Shown here: one piece after another, positions 11,566-25,188 of the stretch | Layout: each line of letters opens with the position of its first letter | Position numbering within the stretch: the first letter of the stretch is position 1 | Assembly: GCA_003971905.1 (NCBI GenBank) | Contig: RSEE01000060.1 | Location: forward strand, 1-64,000 | Reading direction: 5' to 3' | Origin: Moniliella sp. 'wahieum' | Taxonomy: Eukaryota | DNA: 64,000 nucleotides | The notes under the pieces: generated by a model | The model's database searches: none | What the model was told of the DNA's origin: nothing | The model's input: only the letters and a program-made list of their open reading frames with translations | Position numbers and translations under genes: made by a program

Positions 11566-13470
11566 ATGCGCACCCTCCTTTGTCTCGCGCCGCTGCGTGG
11601 GCGGTGCTCCATGCCCACGCCCACGTCCACACCACACCCACGCCTCCCCCTTCCGCCGCGGCCATCACCCACGCTCTCTCCCCGCGAACCCAGCCACGGC
11701 AAGATCCGTGGGTTCGAGCTCAACACGCCCCGCCGCTGGATGCTGGCCAAGTAGGCTTGTTCCGCCAGTGTCGGCATCAGCTGCTGTACAATTCGTTTGG
11801 TCTCAATTCGAGCCAGCTCAAGACGGGAGCGTGGAGCCCGGAGCTGGTCAGCGACTGTGGCCACCATCACCTGGCGTGGAATTGAACTGGAATTGTCCGG
11901 TACAGTGCGTGTTTTTCCCACCCTATGTTTGTCCTCTGGTGGCTGTGCATTGACCTGAGGTCGCGGTCCATCCTATCCAGGTTCCGGAACACAGTACGAC
12001 CGTCTTGCCTCGATCTACCTTGATGGGGTAGAGCTTTGGCGGCACGACAATCCCGAGCCCACTAAGTGCTGCGTTGTCTGAACACACGCAAGGACGTGAG
12101 CAAGTACTACCATTTGATTGCCAAGAAGGAGAAGGGGAGGTCGTCTTGTCCTTCCCCAACTATGTCAACAACATTGACAATGGGCTGTTGAATGTGACGC
12201 TGGATATTGGGTTCATGTGCCGCGCAACCCGGAGGGGTACACGGGCCCCAGTCCGCTTGTCCACCGCACGGCGCAGCACATTGTGCCCATCTCCTACAAC
12301 TCTACCGACAATGATTCCAAGTTTTCCGTCGGGGGCGACGGCAACCCGCCTTCTGGCAACACCACCATCTCCCTTCCCGCCACACGCGCGCGGCCGTGGT
12401 GGAGATTATGCGTCGGGGACGAACGAAGAAGAGTTTTGGTACACATCGGTCAGTGACGATCTGTACCTCTCTTCTGCCAGCACAGTTGAGAATTTGGGGC
12501 TCTACCCTCATGGGCCAGTGCGAGAGGTGCAGGTGCTGGTGGACAATCGGTTGGCAGGGTTTGCCCAGCCAATGGCGGTCATCTTTACTGGTGGCATCTG
12601 CCCTGGCATGTGAGGGCCCATGGTCTTTTTGGAACGTTCAACCAGCCTACCTATACACTCGATCTGACCCTTTGTGCCCATCCTGGCCGATGGCCACCCG
12701 CACAACGTATCTCTCGCAGTGGTGTCTGCCGAGAAGAACGGGACGATTGATGCGTCGTGGTTCGTCAGTGGCAAACATCCAAGCCACCTCGACCCGTCGG
12801 GCCAGCCTACCACGGGGCACATTGTGCATTACGAGGCGGACGAGCTGCCGTACGGTTCGCTGACGAGCCACTACCGCCATACGGGAAACAACTCGTTTGA
12901 GGACATCATCCAGAGAGCAGCCGCGCACGCTCAAGATCGAAGCGGTGGTCAGACGGGTTCGGATGCACAGGCAAAGCAAACGGATCCGATGGGAGCAGAC
13001 GGCTACCCCTTTGCCAACAACACGGTCACCGACAATGGCAATGCCCAAATCAATGTGGTCAACTCGCAGGGCCATGCGCATTCCTCCCATGGGCCAGCCC
13101 TTCCGTCGTACCGCTGGGAACTGCCCTTGCACGTGACCACGTTCAGCACGGAAACCAGCTTGACAACGAGCGTACACAAGGGGTACGATACCCACCTCGT
13201 CTCCCACGACATCGTCTCGGTCTGCCGGTCTGGACGCACATTCGCACGCGCCAACTCTCCTCGGGCGGGTACGGCATCAACGCACAACAGGAGCTGACTT
13301 CAGTGTATGGCAATGCGAGCCAACACTATGCTTACTCGGATGCCAATCGCAACACGTTTGATCGCACCACGCATGTCTGGGACGTGAACGCCACCACGTC
13401 GGTCACGCACGACCGCGTGGGCGGATCGCTGGCCGTGTATGCGGCGGAGATTGAGCCTCCGTCAGCGTGA
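11566..13470 (+). CDS. Secreted peptide-N4-(N-acetyl-beta-glucosaminyl)asparagine amidase A (PNGase A family)
   Basis: YASGTNEEEFWYT, HGPVREVQVLVDNRLAGFAQPMAVIFTGGI, PTYTLDLTP(F)VPILADGHPHNVSLAVV; hydrophobic N-terminus; frameshifted. Confidence 0.85.
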
Positions 13471-14885
13471 GAGGGAGTGGTTGGTGGTTGATGGAGATGC
13501 GGACGTCTGGGCGTCTTTGCGTCTTGGCGTCATTGCCGGATGAAGAGTTGGCTGTATATTCGCTCGCGCTGTGTTCTGAGCATGTTTTGCGATTGCTCCT
13601 ACTTGTGAATTACTCTACCGAGCTTGGAGGTTGAAGACATTGAAGCCGGTGAAGCTTGGAGGATTTGAATGTACGTTGAATGTTCAGTGGCATAGAAATG
13701 CCAGAGGTCAATTGAGACTGGCTTGCCCTAGAGCTCGGCAGACGCTTTGAAGTCGGGTTGTGATTTCTACACCAAAAGCTTGCAGGGATAGATGATGGGG
13801 CGGACTAAGAAAACGCGAAAGAAGCATGCCGGGTTCAATGTGGGTCATTATCAGTGGTACGGTCCACCGTGGTTGCTACTCTCAGATCTCACGAAGGGCG
13901 AGCTGTTCCCAGCATTGTGGCATTCCCCAGGTACAGCTGTCCTGGTGGGAGCGGCGTGGCGTAACCGACTCGGAAACGAAGCAGACTGAGGGGGTAACAG
14001 AGACCTGAGGCGAAGCCGATGATGATACGATTTGAGCCTCCCTTGTCCGCGCGCCCGAAGGCCGAGGGGCCCCAGACGGAAAGAAGGGATGTCGATGCGG
14101 GTGGAATGTGGAATGTGAGGCCAGAGGGTGGCAGCCTTTTTTTGGTGTGGGTTGGGTTGGTTTGATTTGGGGATGGCCGAGGCGAGCGGCGGTGACGCGT
14201 GATGCTTAAGGGTGAGTGGTGATGGATGATCTCGATGATCGATGATCGATGAGGATGAAGCCGAAGGAAGGCGTGGTCACTGGCGAGTGTCGATTGGGCG
14301 GGCTGAGATTCTGAGAGGAGCGCTGTGCTGCGGCAGCGGCGCTAAGATGATCTGTGGATGATCGAAAACACGCAGTGCCGAGAGTGCGCCAGTGCCAGCC
14401 AGAAGGCGAGACGCGCGCCATGTCAGACACGAGCCAAAACCAGCGCCTATCGCCTATCGCCGCCGCAGCAGGCCTGCGACCCAGGCATGGGTTTGGCTGC
14501 TGCTTGTGGCCACGTGGGTTGTCCTGGGCGCTGCGCCGCAGTCAGCTCGCGCACCACGTAAAAGCCGCCCCCAACGCCCTCCCCCCCCGCCCCGCACTGA
14601 ACCTTTCAAGGGCAGACGCCTTTGTAGCTGCTGCACACCCCGTCCGCTACCGTCCGTTTGCCCAAGTCCGCACAGGCACAGCGCCCGTGTCCCATGCCGG
14701 TTAGCACCTGCCGCCTCTGCTGCGGCCGCGTCGGCACGATATATATATCTCCAGTCTGGCCCGACCACTGCTGTAACCCTCGTCTTGCCGCGCCGCTCCG
14801 TCCTCTGTCCTCTCCCTCCAGCCTCACCCGCCGCCCCCACCGCCGCCTCTCACGCCTCCTCGGATCTCCTCATCGACCATTCACC

Positions 14886-15869
14886 ATGGCTCCCGTCCAA
14901 GGCGGCTTTTCTTGGGCCAACATTGCCGTTGGCGTCACGATGAACATGTTTGAGGTAACCACGCTGGGCCAACCGCTGGAGGTGGTCAAGACCCAGATGG
15001 CCTCCAACCGATCCCAGTCGATGGCGCAGGCGTCAAGACGGTGTGGTCACGCGGAGGCATCTTTGGCTTTTACCAAGGCCTTATCCCATGGGCCTGGATC
15101 GAAGCGTCGACCAAGGGGGGCGTGCTCATGTTTACTGCCAGCGGCATCGACTCGGCCGCCCGCAACCACCTCGGTCTGTCTGCGAGCTGGGCCGGCTCCT
15201 GGGTGGCATGGGCGGCGGCATTGCACAAGCATATGCCACCATGGGCTTTTGCACCACCATGAAGACGGCCGAGATTACGAGGCACAAGCAGGCAGCCGCT
15301 GGCGCGCCTACCGCCTCCACCTGGGCCCTGTTTGCTGATATTTATCGCCGTGAGGGCATCAAAGGCATCAACAAGGGCGTGAATGCCGTTGCCTTTCGCC
15401 AAATGACCAACTGGGGCAGCCGGATGGGCTTTGCCCGTCTGGCGGAGGCCCCGGTACGCCAGCTCAGTGGCAAGTCGGCATCGGACAAGTTGTCGGCGCC
15501 CGAGCGGATCGTGTGTTCCTCCCTTGGTGGCGCTCTGGCTACGTGGAACCAACCAATTGAGGTGATCCGCGTCGAGATGCAGTCCATGGCCAAGGACGCC
15601 AATCGACCAGCCAACATGACGATCGCTAGCACCGCCAAGTACATTTACACCAACAATGGCATCCTTGGACTCTACCGGGTGTGACGCCGCGAATCTGCTT
15701 GAGCGTTTGGCAAACTGTACGTGACGTGTTCCGTTGACCCGCATGCAATGTGCTTTATTCCTGGGTGATTTGATGTGCTGACTGCCCCGTGGATTTGTGT
15801 ACCTAGATCTGTATGGTCACACTGGCGGATTATGTCAAGGAGTTCATTGCGGGCAAAAGCACCGTGTGA
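14886..15869 (+). CDS. YHM2: Mitochondrial citrate/oxoglutarate carrier
   Basis: [74 protein letters not shown]; intron at about 15717-15807. Confidence 0.92.
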
Positions 15870-16560
15870 TCCGCTGACTGTGCGAGAGGGACTTTCTTTC
15901 ACACCTGGCTCTTTTTGTGTCATCTGGAGGCGTGCGGAAGAAGCACAGAGAACGGGTGCTTGCGCTCATCCGCCATCCCTGTGGCGCAAACATCACATAA
16001 CTGGGGGGACAGCGAGAGCTCGCTTTGGGACATATGAGAACTCAGACGGGGATCTGATCCACCCTGTTCCTAGCATGGAGATCCTCTTCGTATGCACCCG
16101 AGGTGCTGTGTAACCGGCGTATGATACTAGTGGCTGGCCTTGGAAATGACCGAGCCCACAAGTGGGAGACGGCTACTTGGGGGCCTGCTATATGAGTGTC
16201 AGCAGCCTGCGTCAGCTGGGCAACGTCGTTTGGTAGTGCAGAAAAATGAAAGTTAGTATAGTGGCAGTCGGCCTTTCCTCGGCCTTTGGCGGCGACGGGG
16301 GGATGGGTGAGCGATGGATGGTCGATGACGTGCACGGGGCACTGAGCACTGAATAGTACGGAACACTGCCCAGCTGCGAGGGGGTATGACATTTGTTTGT
16401 TAGGGTTGGGCCACTGTGCCCCGGTGCGCTGCTTCCTCGGGGTTAATCGGCGCTTCCGGCCCGAGCGCGGTGGGCCAGGCGCCATCGTTTGCCACCAGCG
16501 CTCCTGGGGACGGGGCGTCGCCACCACCACCACACATACTGACTTCTGCTGCTGGTGCCC

Positions 16561-18222
16561 ATGCCGTCCGCCCGTGCGCTCCGCACTGCCCTCAACGTCC
16601 GCCCGGCCGGTGCGGCTGCTGCGTGTCTGCGCAGCTCAACCGCCGCCACCGCCGCTGCCGCCGCCACCCTGGGGAGCGCCCAGGCTGCGCCTCACCCCAC
16701 CTTGCCCTCCACCTCCACCAGCGCCTTGTCCGCCCTGCGTCGGCGCGATGTTGCCTCTTCCACCGCACTCTATCCTCCTCCGCTGCCCCACCGCAAGCGG
16801 TGCCTGTCGATGTCCCCACGTCCAATGTACGTGCTTCGCGTGGCACGTCCCAAAGCAGTGGCCACAGTATGTCTTCATGTCCCGCTCCCTGTCCGCCCCT
16901 TGTCGCAGGCACCTGTCCTAACATATGCCCTACCTTTCAGATCTACTGAGCGAGGTGCTAGAGGCACGTCCGAAGCACCAAAGCGCGCTTCGGCCCATTT
17001 ACCTTGACTCGCAATCCACCACGGCTCTCGACCCGCGCGTGCTGGACACGATGCTGCCCCTTTTGACCAACCGGTACGGCAACCCCCACTCGCGCACCCA
17101 TGCGTATGGATGGGAAGCTGAAGACGCGGTGGAAACGGCGCGCAAGCACGTTGGTGCCCTCATCGGTGCGGACGCCAAGGAAATCATCTTTACGTCGGGC
17201 GCTACCGAGTCGAACAATTTGGCGCTCAAGGGCGCAGCCCACTTTTATGGTGCGAAAAAGAACCACATCATCACGGTGCAAACCGAACATAAGTGTGTCT
17301 TGGACTCGTGCCGCACGCTGCAGGAGGAAGGGTACGAGGTCACCTATCTTCCTGTCCAGAGCAATGGTTTGATCCGTCTTGCCGACTGGAAGCGGCGCTG
17401 CGGCCCACTACGGCCATTGTCTCGATCATGGCGGTCAACAATGAGATTGGTGTGATCCAGCCGCTCAAGGAGATTGGTCAGCTGCTCAAGACCAAGGGAG
17501 CGCAGCTGGCAAAGGAGGCGGGGCTAAGTGGCAAGCCGCTGTTCCATACGGACGCTGCCCAAGCGGTGGGGAAGATTGCGTTGGACGTGAATGAGATTGG
17601 GGCGGATCTGGTGTCCATGTCGCACAAGATTTATGGTCCCAAGGGCATTGGCGCGATCTACATTCGTCGTCGACCCAGGGTGCGCTTGACGCCGATCATT
17701 TCGGGTGGAGGGCAGGAACGTGGATTGCGATCGGGCACGCTGGCGCCGGCGCAGGTGGCCGGGATGGGCGAGGCAGCGCGCCTGGCCAAGGCGGAGAGGG
17801 AGTACGACTATGCGCATGTGTCGGCCTTGTCCAAACGGCTGCGGGAGCGGATCGAGAGCAAGGTGAGCCACGTGTTGTTCAATGGCGATGAGGGGGGCTA
17901 TCCCGGGTGCGTCAACTTGACATTCCAATATGTCGAGGGCGAGTCGCTGCTCATGGCGCTCAAGCGGGTCTGTCTCTCGTCAGGCTCGGCATGTACGTCC
18001 GCCTCGTTGGAGCCGTCGTATGTGCTGCGTGCGCTGGGTCTGAACGATGAGAATGCGCACTCGTCGCTCCGGTTTGGCATGGGTCGGTTCACCACAACGG
18101 AGGAAGTGGACTTTGTTGCGGACCAGATCATTACGGTGGTGGAGAAGTTGCGCGACATGTCGCCGTTGTGGGAGATGGTGCAGGAAGGGATTGACCTGGA
18201 TTCGATCGAGTGGTCCGAGTGA
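16561..18222 (+). CDS. NFS1: Mitochondrial cysteine desulfurase
   Basis: [55 protein letters not shown] (PLP lysine), [18 protein letters not shown]; Arg/Ala/Ser-rich presequence. Confidence 0.97.
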
Positions 18223-18378
18223 TTTTCAGCCCAGTATTTCGTTTTGGCCCTGTTCTTCTACCTGCTTGAATCAAGGTGCATGTGTACCCGCGTGTGCGCT
18301 GAGATGGACATGACGTGTGTGACGATAATTTGAGACGCCAGAGCGTTGTTTGCCAAAGCAATCCGTAGAGAGGGATGT

Positions 18379-18496
18379 AGGCAGGGCAGGCAGGGCAGGG
18401 GCAGGGCAGGGCAGGGCAGGGCAGGGCAGGGCAGGGGGGGGCAGGGCAGGGCAGGGCAGGGCAGGGCAGGGCAGGGCAGGGCAGGGGGCAGGGCAG
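18379..18496. repeat. (GGGCA)n pentanucleotide microsatellite
   Basis: Roughly 22 tandem GGGCA units with minor variants, read directly. Confidence 0.95.
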
Positions 18497-19226
18497 CACA
18501 AGTAAACCTTGCGGATGGACCCACGGCAGGCGACGGCCCCAGAGCGGGTTACCGGTTGCAGGTTGCTGGTTACTTGCATCGCTTGCGCGTCGGCAGCGTT
18601 GGCTCGCGCGGTGCTGCGCAGCAAGCCGAGGCATGGTCGATGGCCACCTAGCGATACAAGCGATCGCACCGCATCGAAGCCGCTCTGCATCGCAGCGCGT
18701 AAGCGAATATACCACTTGCGCTGCCCTGCGCTGCTAACCCTTGCCCCGGCCCGGCACAGCGCCAGAGAGATGCACTGGCGTGCATCGACACTGGACAGGT
18801 GCCGAGCCGACGCTGGCGACAGGAACCAGAGCCGCAGAGCATCTGTGTACACTGATCCGTCGCAAGTGGAACGGGGCTAGTGTCGTTGTGGTGTATAGCC
18901 GAGATCTAGCTTAATTTGTGCCCCCCCCTCAGTGCTTCTATATACAGCCCCAGCTCCCAAGCGAAAGGCTTGGCCCATTCAGCAGCTGCCCTCGCTTCCA
19001 CCACCACCACCACCACCACCACCACTCTCTATCCCAGCCTCGCGCGCATTCGCTCCCCCTCCCTCGCCTCCACCTCGCTTTCCACAGCTCCACACCCGAC
19101 GCCTCTCTTTCCGTCCCCCCACTGGTCTCTTCTTACTAGCATAGCAAGTGAGTCGCTTCTGCCAGCTGGCCTGACTTTCATTCATGCATGCATGCGTACT
19201 AACCAACCCTTTTTTTGTGACAGATC

Positions 19227-20130
19227 ATGTCTCCATCCCCCACCGATTCTGCAACACCGCGCTCCGAGGGGTCCACCACCCCATTAATACCAGGACTGAG
19301 CCCGCGCCTACTCCCGGTGCCCAATCGTTATTCTCAAAGCATGTAGGCCAAACGAAGCAAAAGCTATCGCCGAAGAAGGCCTCAGGTCTATTCAAGCGCT
19401 TTACTCGTAATATTACGTCCAGGATGCCTGGTCAGAAGAAAAAGAAGACGGCTGTTGAGGCACCTGCCGCTGTTGTTGACGCTCCTTCCGATGCTGGTCA
19501 AGCGGACGAGCCTTTCCATCTTTCTGAAGCGCCACCCCCTGCAAAAAAAAAGTTAGAGCCAAGGCCAGCTGGGTACCCTCCCAAACCAGGTGCCAAGGAC
19601 CTGAAACCGGTTATACAGTATCCCCCCGCCCGGAGAACCATTAGATGGCCCGTTCGTCCTGTCAAGACAGAAAGCAAGGCAGATGATCTCCCCCTAGCAG
19701 CGAGAGAGGACCAGCATATCGACACCCCCAAGCCCCGCATCCGCAAGCCCAAAATTGTCTTGGCCATCTTGAAACGCATCAAGAGGGGTAAAAAGGATCC
19801 CAAGAAATCTGGTAAGACCGCCTCAACCCCAAAGGGAACCGAGGCTAAGGCCGAAACCAAGGCCGAGACCAAAGCACAGACTAAGGAAGAGACCAAGGAA
19901 AGACCAAGGCATCAAAGACCAAGGCAAAGTCCAAGACAACAAAGACCAGGCCAAAGACCAAAGGACAAGAATCCGAGACATCAAAGACCAAAGAAGAACC
20001 CGAGACAGAAGAAAAAGGCAACGTATCGGGAGCCGAGGATTTTGCAGATGCGATCACGAGTCTTCCCGACGACGACAGTCCTACTGAAGGGGAAGGCATA
20101 TCTGACGAAAAGGGCAAGTCTGAGCAGTAG
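19227..20130 (+). CDS. Hypothetical Lys/Pro-rich protein with KAET/KTK repeats and an acidic tail
   Basis: TATATA at about 18939, a 5'UTR intron (GTGAGT ~19148 to CAG 19223) and ATG at 19227. Long ORF 19184-20290; the acidic C-terminus lies in another frame ending at TAG 20130. No family recognised. Confidence 0.55.
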
Positions 20131-21260
20131 GGAATGTCGGAAGAAGGAAAGCCTGAACAGCAGAAACCCAAAGTCTAGATCGATCAGAACGATGAGGCCG
20201 ATTATCGTAGCCTGTCGAGACTTGACAGGCTCTGTCTTCGTTTATATACCGTATCACCACTCATGCACAGTCATTCTCTACTTTGCGTGATGTCGTGTGC
20301 GGCATTATCCTTGGTCCACAATCACTCTCACTCCTGTTCACACCAATTGACCCCCAACATGTACATCACTACGGGGGGCCCCATACCCAGTCCCAACTGT
20401 GCTCCTTTCATTATATGAGCAACTGATTCCCCCTTCTCTCCCCTTATTCTTTGCTATTCGATGTTCATCATCCCCTGTGTCCATGGCTTATAATTGCCGT
20501 TTTCGTCTCCCGTATATGTTGTCCACGCGTGGTCTGGAAGCCACAGTCACTCGTACTACTATAATTCTCATCCCCACGTTCCTTTCCGGCGCTCTCTATC
20601 GACTGGTGGTGAAGTTCCGATGAGGTCTTTGGCTGTAGTAGGAATAGTACGCCGAACCTGCTTCTTGGATGAACTTATGCTTCTTTCCCCTCTCTACGAG
20701 CTTGCCATCTTTGTCGCATGGCAGGCCTTGTAGCAAGGTGTCAGCTGTTGGCCGTTACTAGTCCAGAGCGATACGGTATCAGAGGATGGAGTGGCAGTCA
20801 GTGGGAGTAAACAAAGTCAAGGGTGTGCGCACAGAAGCAGCTGTTAGTATTACTGAGTGGGAGGCGAACAAGGCAGGAGGGGAAGAAGTGATGGTGATGG
20901 AATCAGGGGAAGGCAGCCCGGACGCAACAGGGAGGGGGCGGAAGAGAGGCGGCCCCCACGCGCACAATTACAATGAGAGACCGGTTTGCCCCTCATCCTC
21001 TCTGACCTTAGGCCTGAACAATGCGTAAGGCCAAAGGTTTAGAGATAATCCAATGGATACTATGAAGCTCACACCCGTCGAATACCCGGCTCTGTGTTTG
21101 CAGGGAGAAGATGAATTGAATCAGGAGGCAGGCAAGGGCGTATGCATGTTATTACTACGCCCCGAGTGAGTGGAATACAAAGAATGAGAGCAGCCAAGGA
21201 ATGGAAGGGGCAAGGGAGAAGTGGGGATGGGGGTAGGTTGGGGGGGGATGTGGGTCTTCT

Positions 21261-23633
21261 TTAGTCCACGTCCATGTTGTCCTGTTGGGCCTTGGGCTCT
21301 TCAGCAGGCTGCTCCTTGGGTGTCTCGGTAGAGGGCGGAACACGGGGCTTGGGCTTGTTAATAATTGGCCCGCAGACGTACTGCACATCCTCCTTGGCCT
21401 TCATCATCTCCGCCGTGGTGATCTTGGGTGTGACGTTCTTGGGCTGCTCAGCAACCTTGACCAAGCCATCCTCAAGCCACTTTTGCGTCTTGGCTACCTT
21501 CTCCACCACCTTCTGCCGGTCCTCGTCCGTCAGGTGCGCATACTTCTCCTCGCCACCAGTCACGGCGGACATGAAGAAGTTGAGTGCCTCGCGCAGTGCC
21601 GACGCAGCCTTGGGGCGGTTCTGTGCTTCGGACCAACGGAAGGCGATGGGCTGACCAATGGCTTGAAGCGCATCCAATTTGGCCACATACGCCGACTTGG
21701 TTGTGTCTTCACCCTCCTCCGAGTAGAGCCACTCTTCCGCCTCGTTGAGCGCAGGGAGGAACTTGCTCTTTTCCTCGGGCTGGACATAGGGCTTGTATCG
21801 GTCCTCCAACTTGGACCGCTCGTCGTAAATGTACTCTTCCAGTGCATTCTTGCGGTCCTCAGTGTCGATCACCAGCTTGTCCGCCGCATAGAGTTCCCCT
21901 TCCTTCTCCTTCATGCCTTGCAGCACCTTCTCATCCCGTTGGTTCAAGCCTGAGATGACGGTCAAGTCGCGGGTACGCTCCAGAACCTTCTTCTTCTCCG
22001 TCTGCGGCTGACCCTCGGCCGCACCGGCAATCGGGACTTCTTTCTCCACTTCCTCCACCACGTATGCAGAGTCAATGTTGAGCACGCCGTGCAGGTTGAG
22101 GCGCGCCTTAACCTTCACGATCGAGTGGTCGCCCTTGGCATCGGGAGTGACACCCTTAATTTGCACTTGGCCCAAGACAGGCGAGACGCCAGCGGGGAGG
22201 AGGTCAGCTGGGCATACACCGCCTGCAGACCAAAGTCGTGCTTGCGGTAAAACGTGAGGACCTTGGTGGGGGATAGGGTTGTTCGGCTTGAACACTACCA
22301 ACTCGGTCTCCTCGTCCGGCACGTCCGGCACCGCGTCCCACATCACCTTGATGGGGTAAGGAGTGGTGTCGTGCACAGAGAACTCGCGCACGCGGAAGAC
22401 AGGAGAGAGAATGGCGCACGCCAGCGTGGCCCCACGACACACTGCTTCGTCCTGGTTGGAAGTGAACGAGAGGGGTTTGCCAAAGAAGGCGGCGATACGG
22501 TCCTTGATCGCTGGCACACGGGATGAGCCACCGACCAGCTCAATGGAATGAATCTCGTCCTTGCTCAGGCCGGACTGGGCCAGTGCCGCCTGGAGGGGAC
22601 ATGCACCCGCTCGAGCCAAGGTGCAATCAGCTGCTCAAACTCCTCCCGCTTCAGCTCCGAGCTGGCGTCAATGTCGTTCATCAGGGACTCAACGTTGAAG
22701 GGGGCAAGCGTGTTGGCCGAGAGAACCTTTTTGAGACGCTCGGCCGCCTGGGTCAAACGGAAAACAGCCTTGCGGTTGCTAAAAACATCAATCTTGTACT
22801 TGTCGGCAAACACCTTGGCAAAGTGGTTGACCAGTGCACGGTCGAAGTCACGGCCACCAAAGTGGCGGTCTTGCGCGGTACCCAGAATTGTGAGCTCGCC
22901 CTTGACAAACGCAACGACCGACACCTGGTACGACGAGTGACCGACGTCGCAGAAGACCACATGGCGGGGCTGGTCGGGCTCAGGGAGGTCGGTTTTGGTG
23001 ATACCATAGCCAAGCGCGGTGGCGGTAGTGTCGTTGATCAAGCGTAGCGTGTTGAGCCCCGCAATCTCCGCTGCGTCCAGCATCGCACGGCGCTGCACGT
23101 CGGTAAACCAGGCTGGGGTGGAAATGACCACATCCGACACGGACGTTCCGTGATTTTCGGCACTGGCCGTGTCGCGCAAGTTGGTCAGGAACATGGCCAT
23201 CAGCTGGGTCGCACTAAATTCGTGGGTCGTACCAGCCAGCTGCACCTTGACACCCACTTCGCCTCCGACATCGATCAGCTCGCTGCTGATAAAGTTCTTC
23301 TCCACTTCTTGGATGTCGGCATCTTGGAGCGAGCGGCCGATCAGACGCTTGAGACTGCCGACGGTGTTCTTCCAGTTGGACGTTTGCTGCGTGGCGGCGC
23401 CCTCGCCGAGGGCGCGGGCCTTGGTGTTGAACCCAACCAGACTCGGCGTCTGCCGGTTGGAAGCCGAGTTGAGCAGGATGTCAATGCCGGAGCGCCTGTT
23501 GAGACGAGAGACAAGCAGGTCAGTATGCGCAATCCAACGACAGGGCGACAGCAAGGCGGCGGGCGGGTGGCACGTACCGAGCGGCGCCGATCTTGCTGGA
23601 GGCGGTGCCAATGTCAATGCCAATCGCTGCCAT
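21261..23633 (-). CDS. SSE1: Hsp110 (Sse1/Hsp88) chaperone
   Basis: MAAIGIDIG, SNRQTPSLVGF, LRLINDTTATALGYGITKTDLP, FGGRDFD, KVKARLNLHG, DTEDRKNALEEYIY, C-terminal MDVD; intron 23496-23577. Confidence 0.96.
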
Positions 23634-23882
23634 CGTGCTGGGGGGGGCGCGTGCGGAGGAGAGACGGGATGGAGGCGGATGGGAAGACGGGTCGTCAGCA
23701 GCACGGGCCACGCGCCCTTATTATACGCTCCACCCGCCTCCCGACGGCACCTGAAAATTTGGTCTCGGGCCGCGCCGCCTGTCCTACGTCACTCCGTCTG
23801 GCACAGCGCCTGTGTCGCAGCTGATTGTCCGCCTCAGCGCCCCAGCGCCCCAGCGCCCCAGCCTCAGCCGCCACCTCGACAC

Positions 23883-23895
23883 TTCCTGAATGTTC
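23883..23895. promoter_or_regulatory. Heat-shock element (TTCnnGAAnnTTC) upstream of Hsp110
   Basis: TTCctGAAtgTTC is three perfect alternating nGAAn units, 250 bp upstream of the Hsp110 ATG. TATAATAA on the minus strand at about 23718-23725. Confidence 0.75.
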
Positions 23896-24310
23896 GGTCT
23901 CCTTCGCCCCCGAACCACGACGTTTCAAATTGCAGTGACATGTGACACCTGAATGGCCCGCCGCACGTGATGGACATCACGTGCCATCACCCGCCCGCAC
24001 TGAACCTCAGCCATGTGCATGGCCTGTGCCATTGAGCTAAGGCTGCCTAGGGAGGCCTACCGACCGAGGCAGGCTCCCGCGCGCTCAGCGCTCACGCCGC
24101 TCCACGGTCTGTAAACTGTGTGTATGAAACCTGTGTATTTCTACCTAGATGGGCCGGGGAAGCAACCAGCGCAGGTCACCTGGGCGACATAGAGGGCACG
24201 ATCAGATCAGATGCATGTAGAGTACACGGGAAAGTGGGCGTCGGTGCAGCCCCCAGGCGCCAAGAGGAAGAAGGGGACAAATGTGGGCGCGCGCAGCACG
24301 ATGAGAGCAC

Positions 24311-25188
24311 TTAAATGTTGGCCAACAGGTCCTGCAGCAGCTCCGTCTTGTCCTTGCCCGAATTCTTCTTGACCCATGCGTTCATCTTGGGGTCCTTGTA
24401 TGCCTTCGACGGGGGCGGTACCTCGATTGGCCAGAGGAACTGGGATACTGCCTTAAAGTTCTCCCCAACCGTCGCCAGTTCATGGACAATGTCGTCGACC
24501 GAGAGGATACCGAGCTCGCCAAGGTGTTGCTCGATGAGTGCATTGTCGGCAATGGGGACTTTGGTTGTCTCTTCCCCCTGGCCAATGCGGGCATGACCAC
24601 GTTTGTAGATCAAGTCGCGGATCACCTTAGTGCTGGGTTCGCCAAACGCCACATAGGGCGCCACGACTGCCAACATCGTAGCGGTCGCCGGGGTGAGACG
24701 GATAAACACGCCTGTCCAAGCACGCGTCAGGCGCAGCATCTGGAGCACTTGGTTCGGCTTGGTTGCAGGTCGTGTCCGTCCCACATCCTGCCGCACCACG
24801 AACACACACGTCGGGGTGTCGGGAACAGCGATGACAGAACCGGCGCCCTTGGTAGCCAGCCTGCGCAACCGCACCTGTTCCCGTCCTTGGCGACGCGCCT
24901 CGTCAACAAACGTCTCGGCACGCTTGAACGCGTCCTTGCGCTCGCGCTGCTTACGCTTCTGCTTCTGCTCGTTTTCAATCCGAGGAAAGAGTATGGTCAG
25001 CAAGCTGGTTTCCTCCTGCTCGGGGCATGTCAAGGCCCAAACGATAGGCATGGGTAAGTACGCACAGTTTGGATGCTGCGGCGCTTGACAATGTTGGCCT
25101 CGCGCTTGGCAGCATCCACCTTGCGGCGACGAAGGAACGTCTCGGGGTCAGCGAGGTGAGCGTCGGGAACGGCAGAAGGGTCGGACAT
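24311..25188 (-). CDS. RLP7: Ribosome biogenesis protein Rlp7 (uL30/L7-like)
   Basis: PETFLRRRK, FKRAETFV, VLQMLRLTR..GVFIRL, PYVAFGEPS..IRDLIYKRG, DNALIEQHLGELGILSVDDIVHEL..FLWP. Divergence from L7 fits Rlp7; intron donor at about 25065. Confidence 0.8.

Noticed and set aside
12611..12613. TGA at a conserved Trp position in PNGase A (also 106-108 in chitin deacetylase), suggesting TGA=Trp recoding
   Set aside because: TGA is the real stop of NFS1, YHM2 and the methyltransferase. Both cases are explained by G-run miscalls (TGGAGG read as TGAGGG; a missing G).
18131..18852. CPALP/GQGRA repeat ORFs
   Set aside because: Translations of the (GGGCA)n microsatellite.
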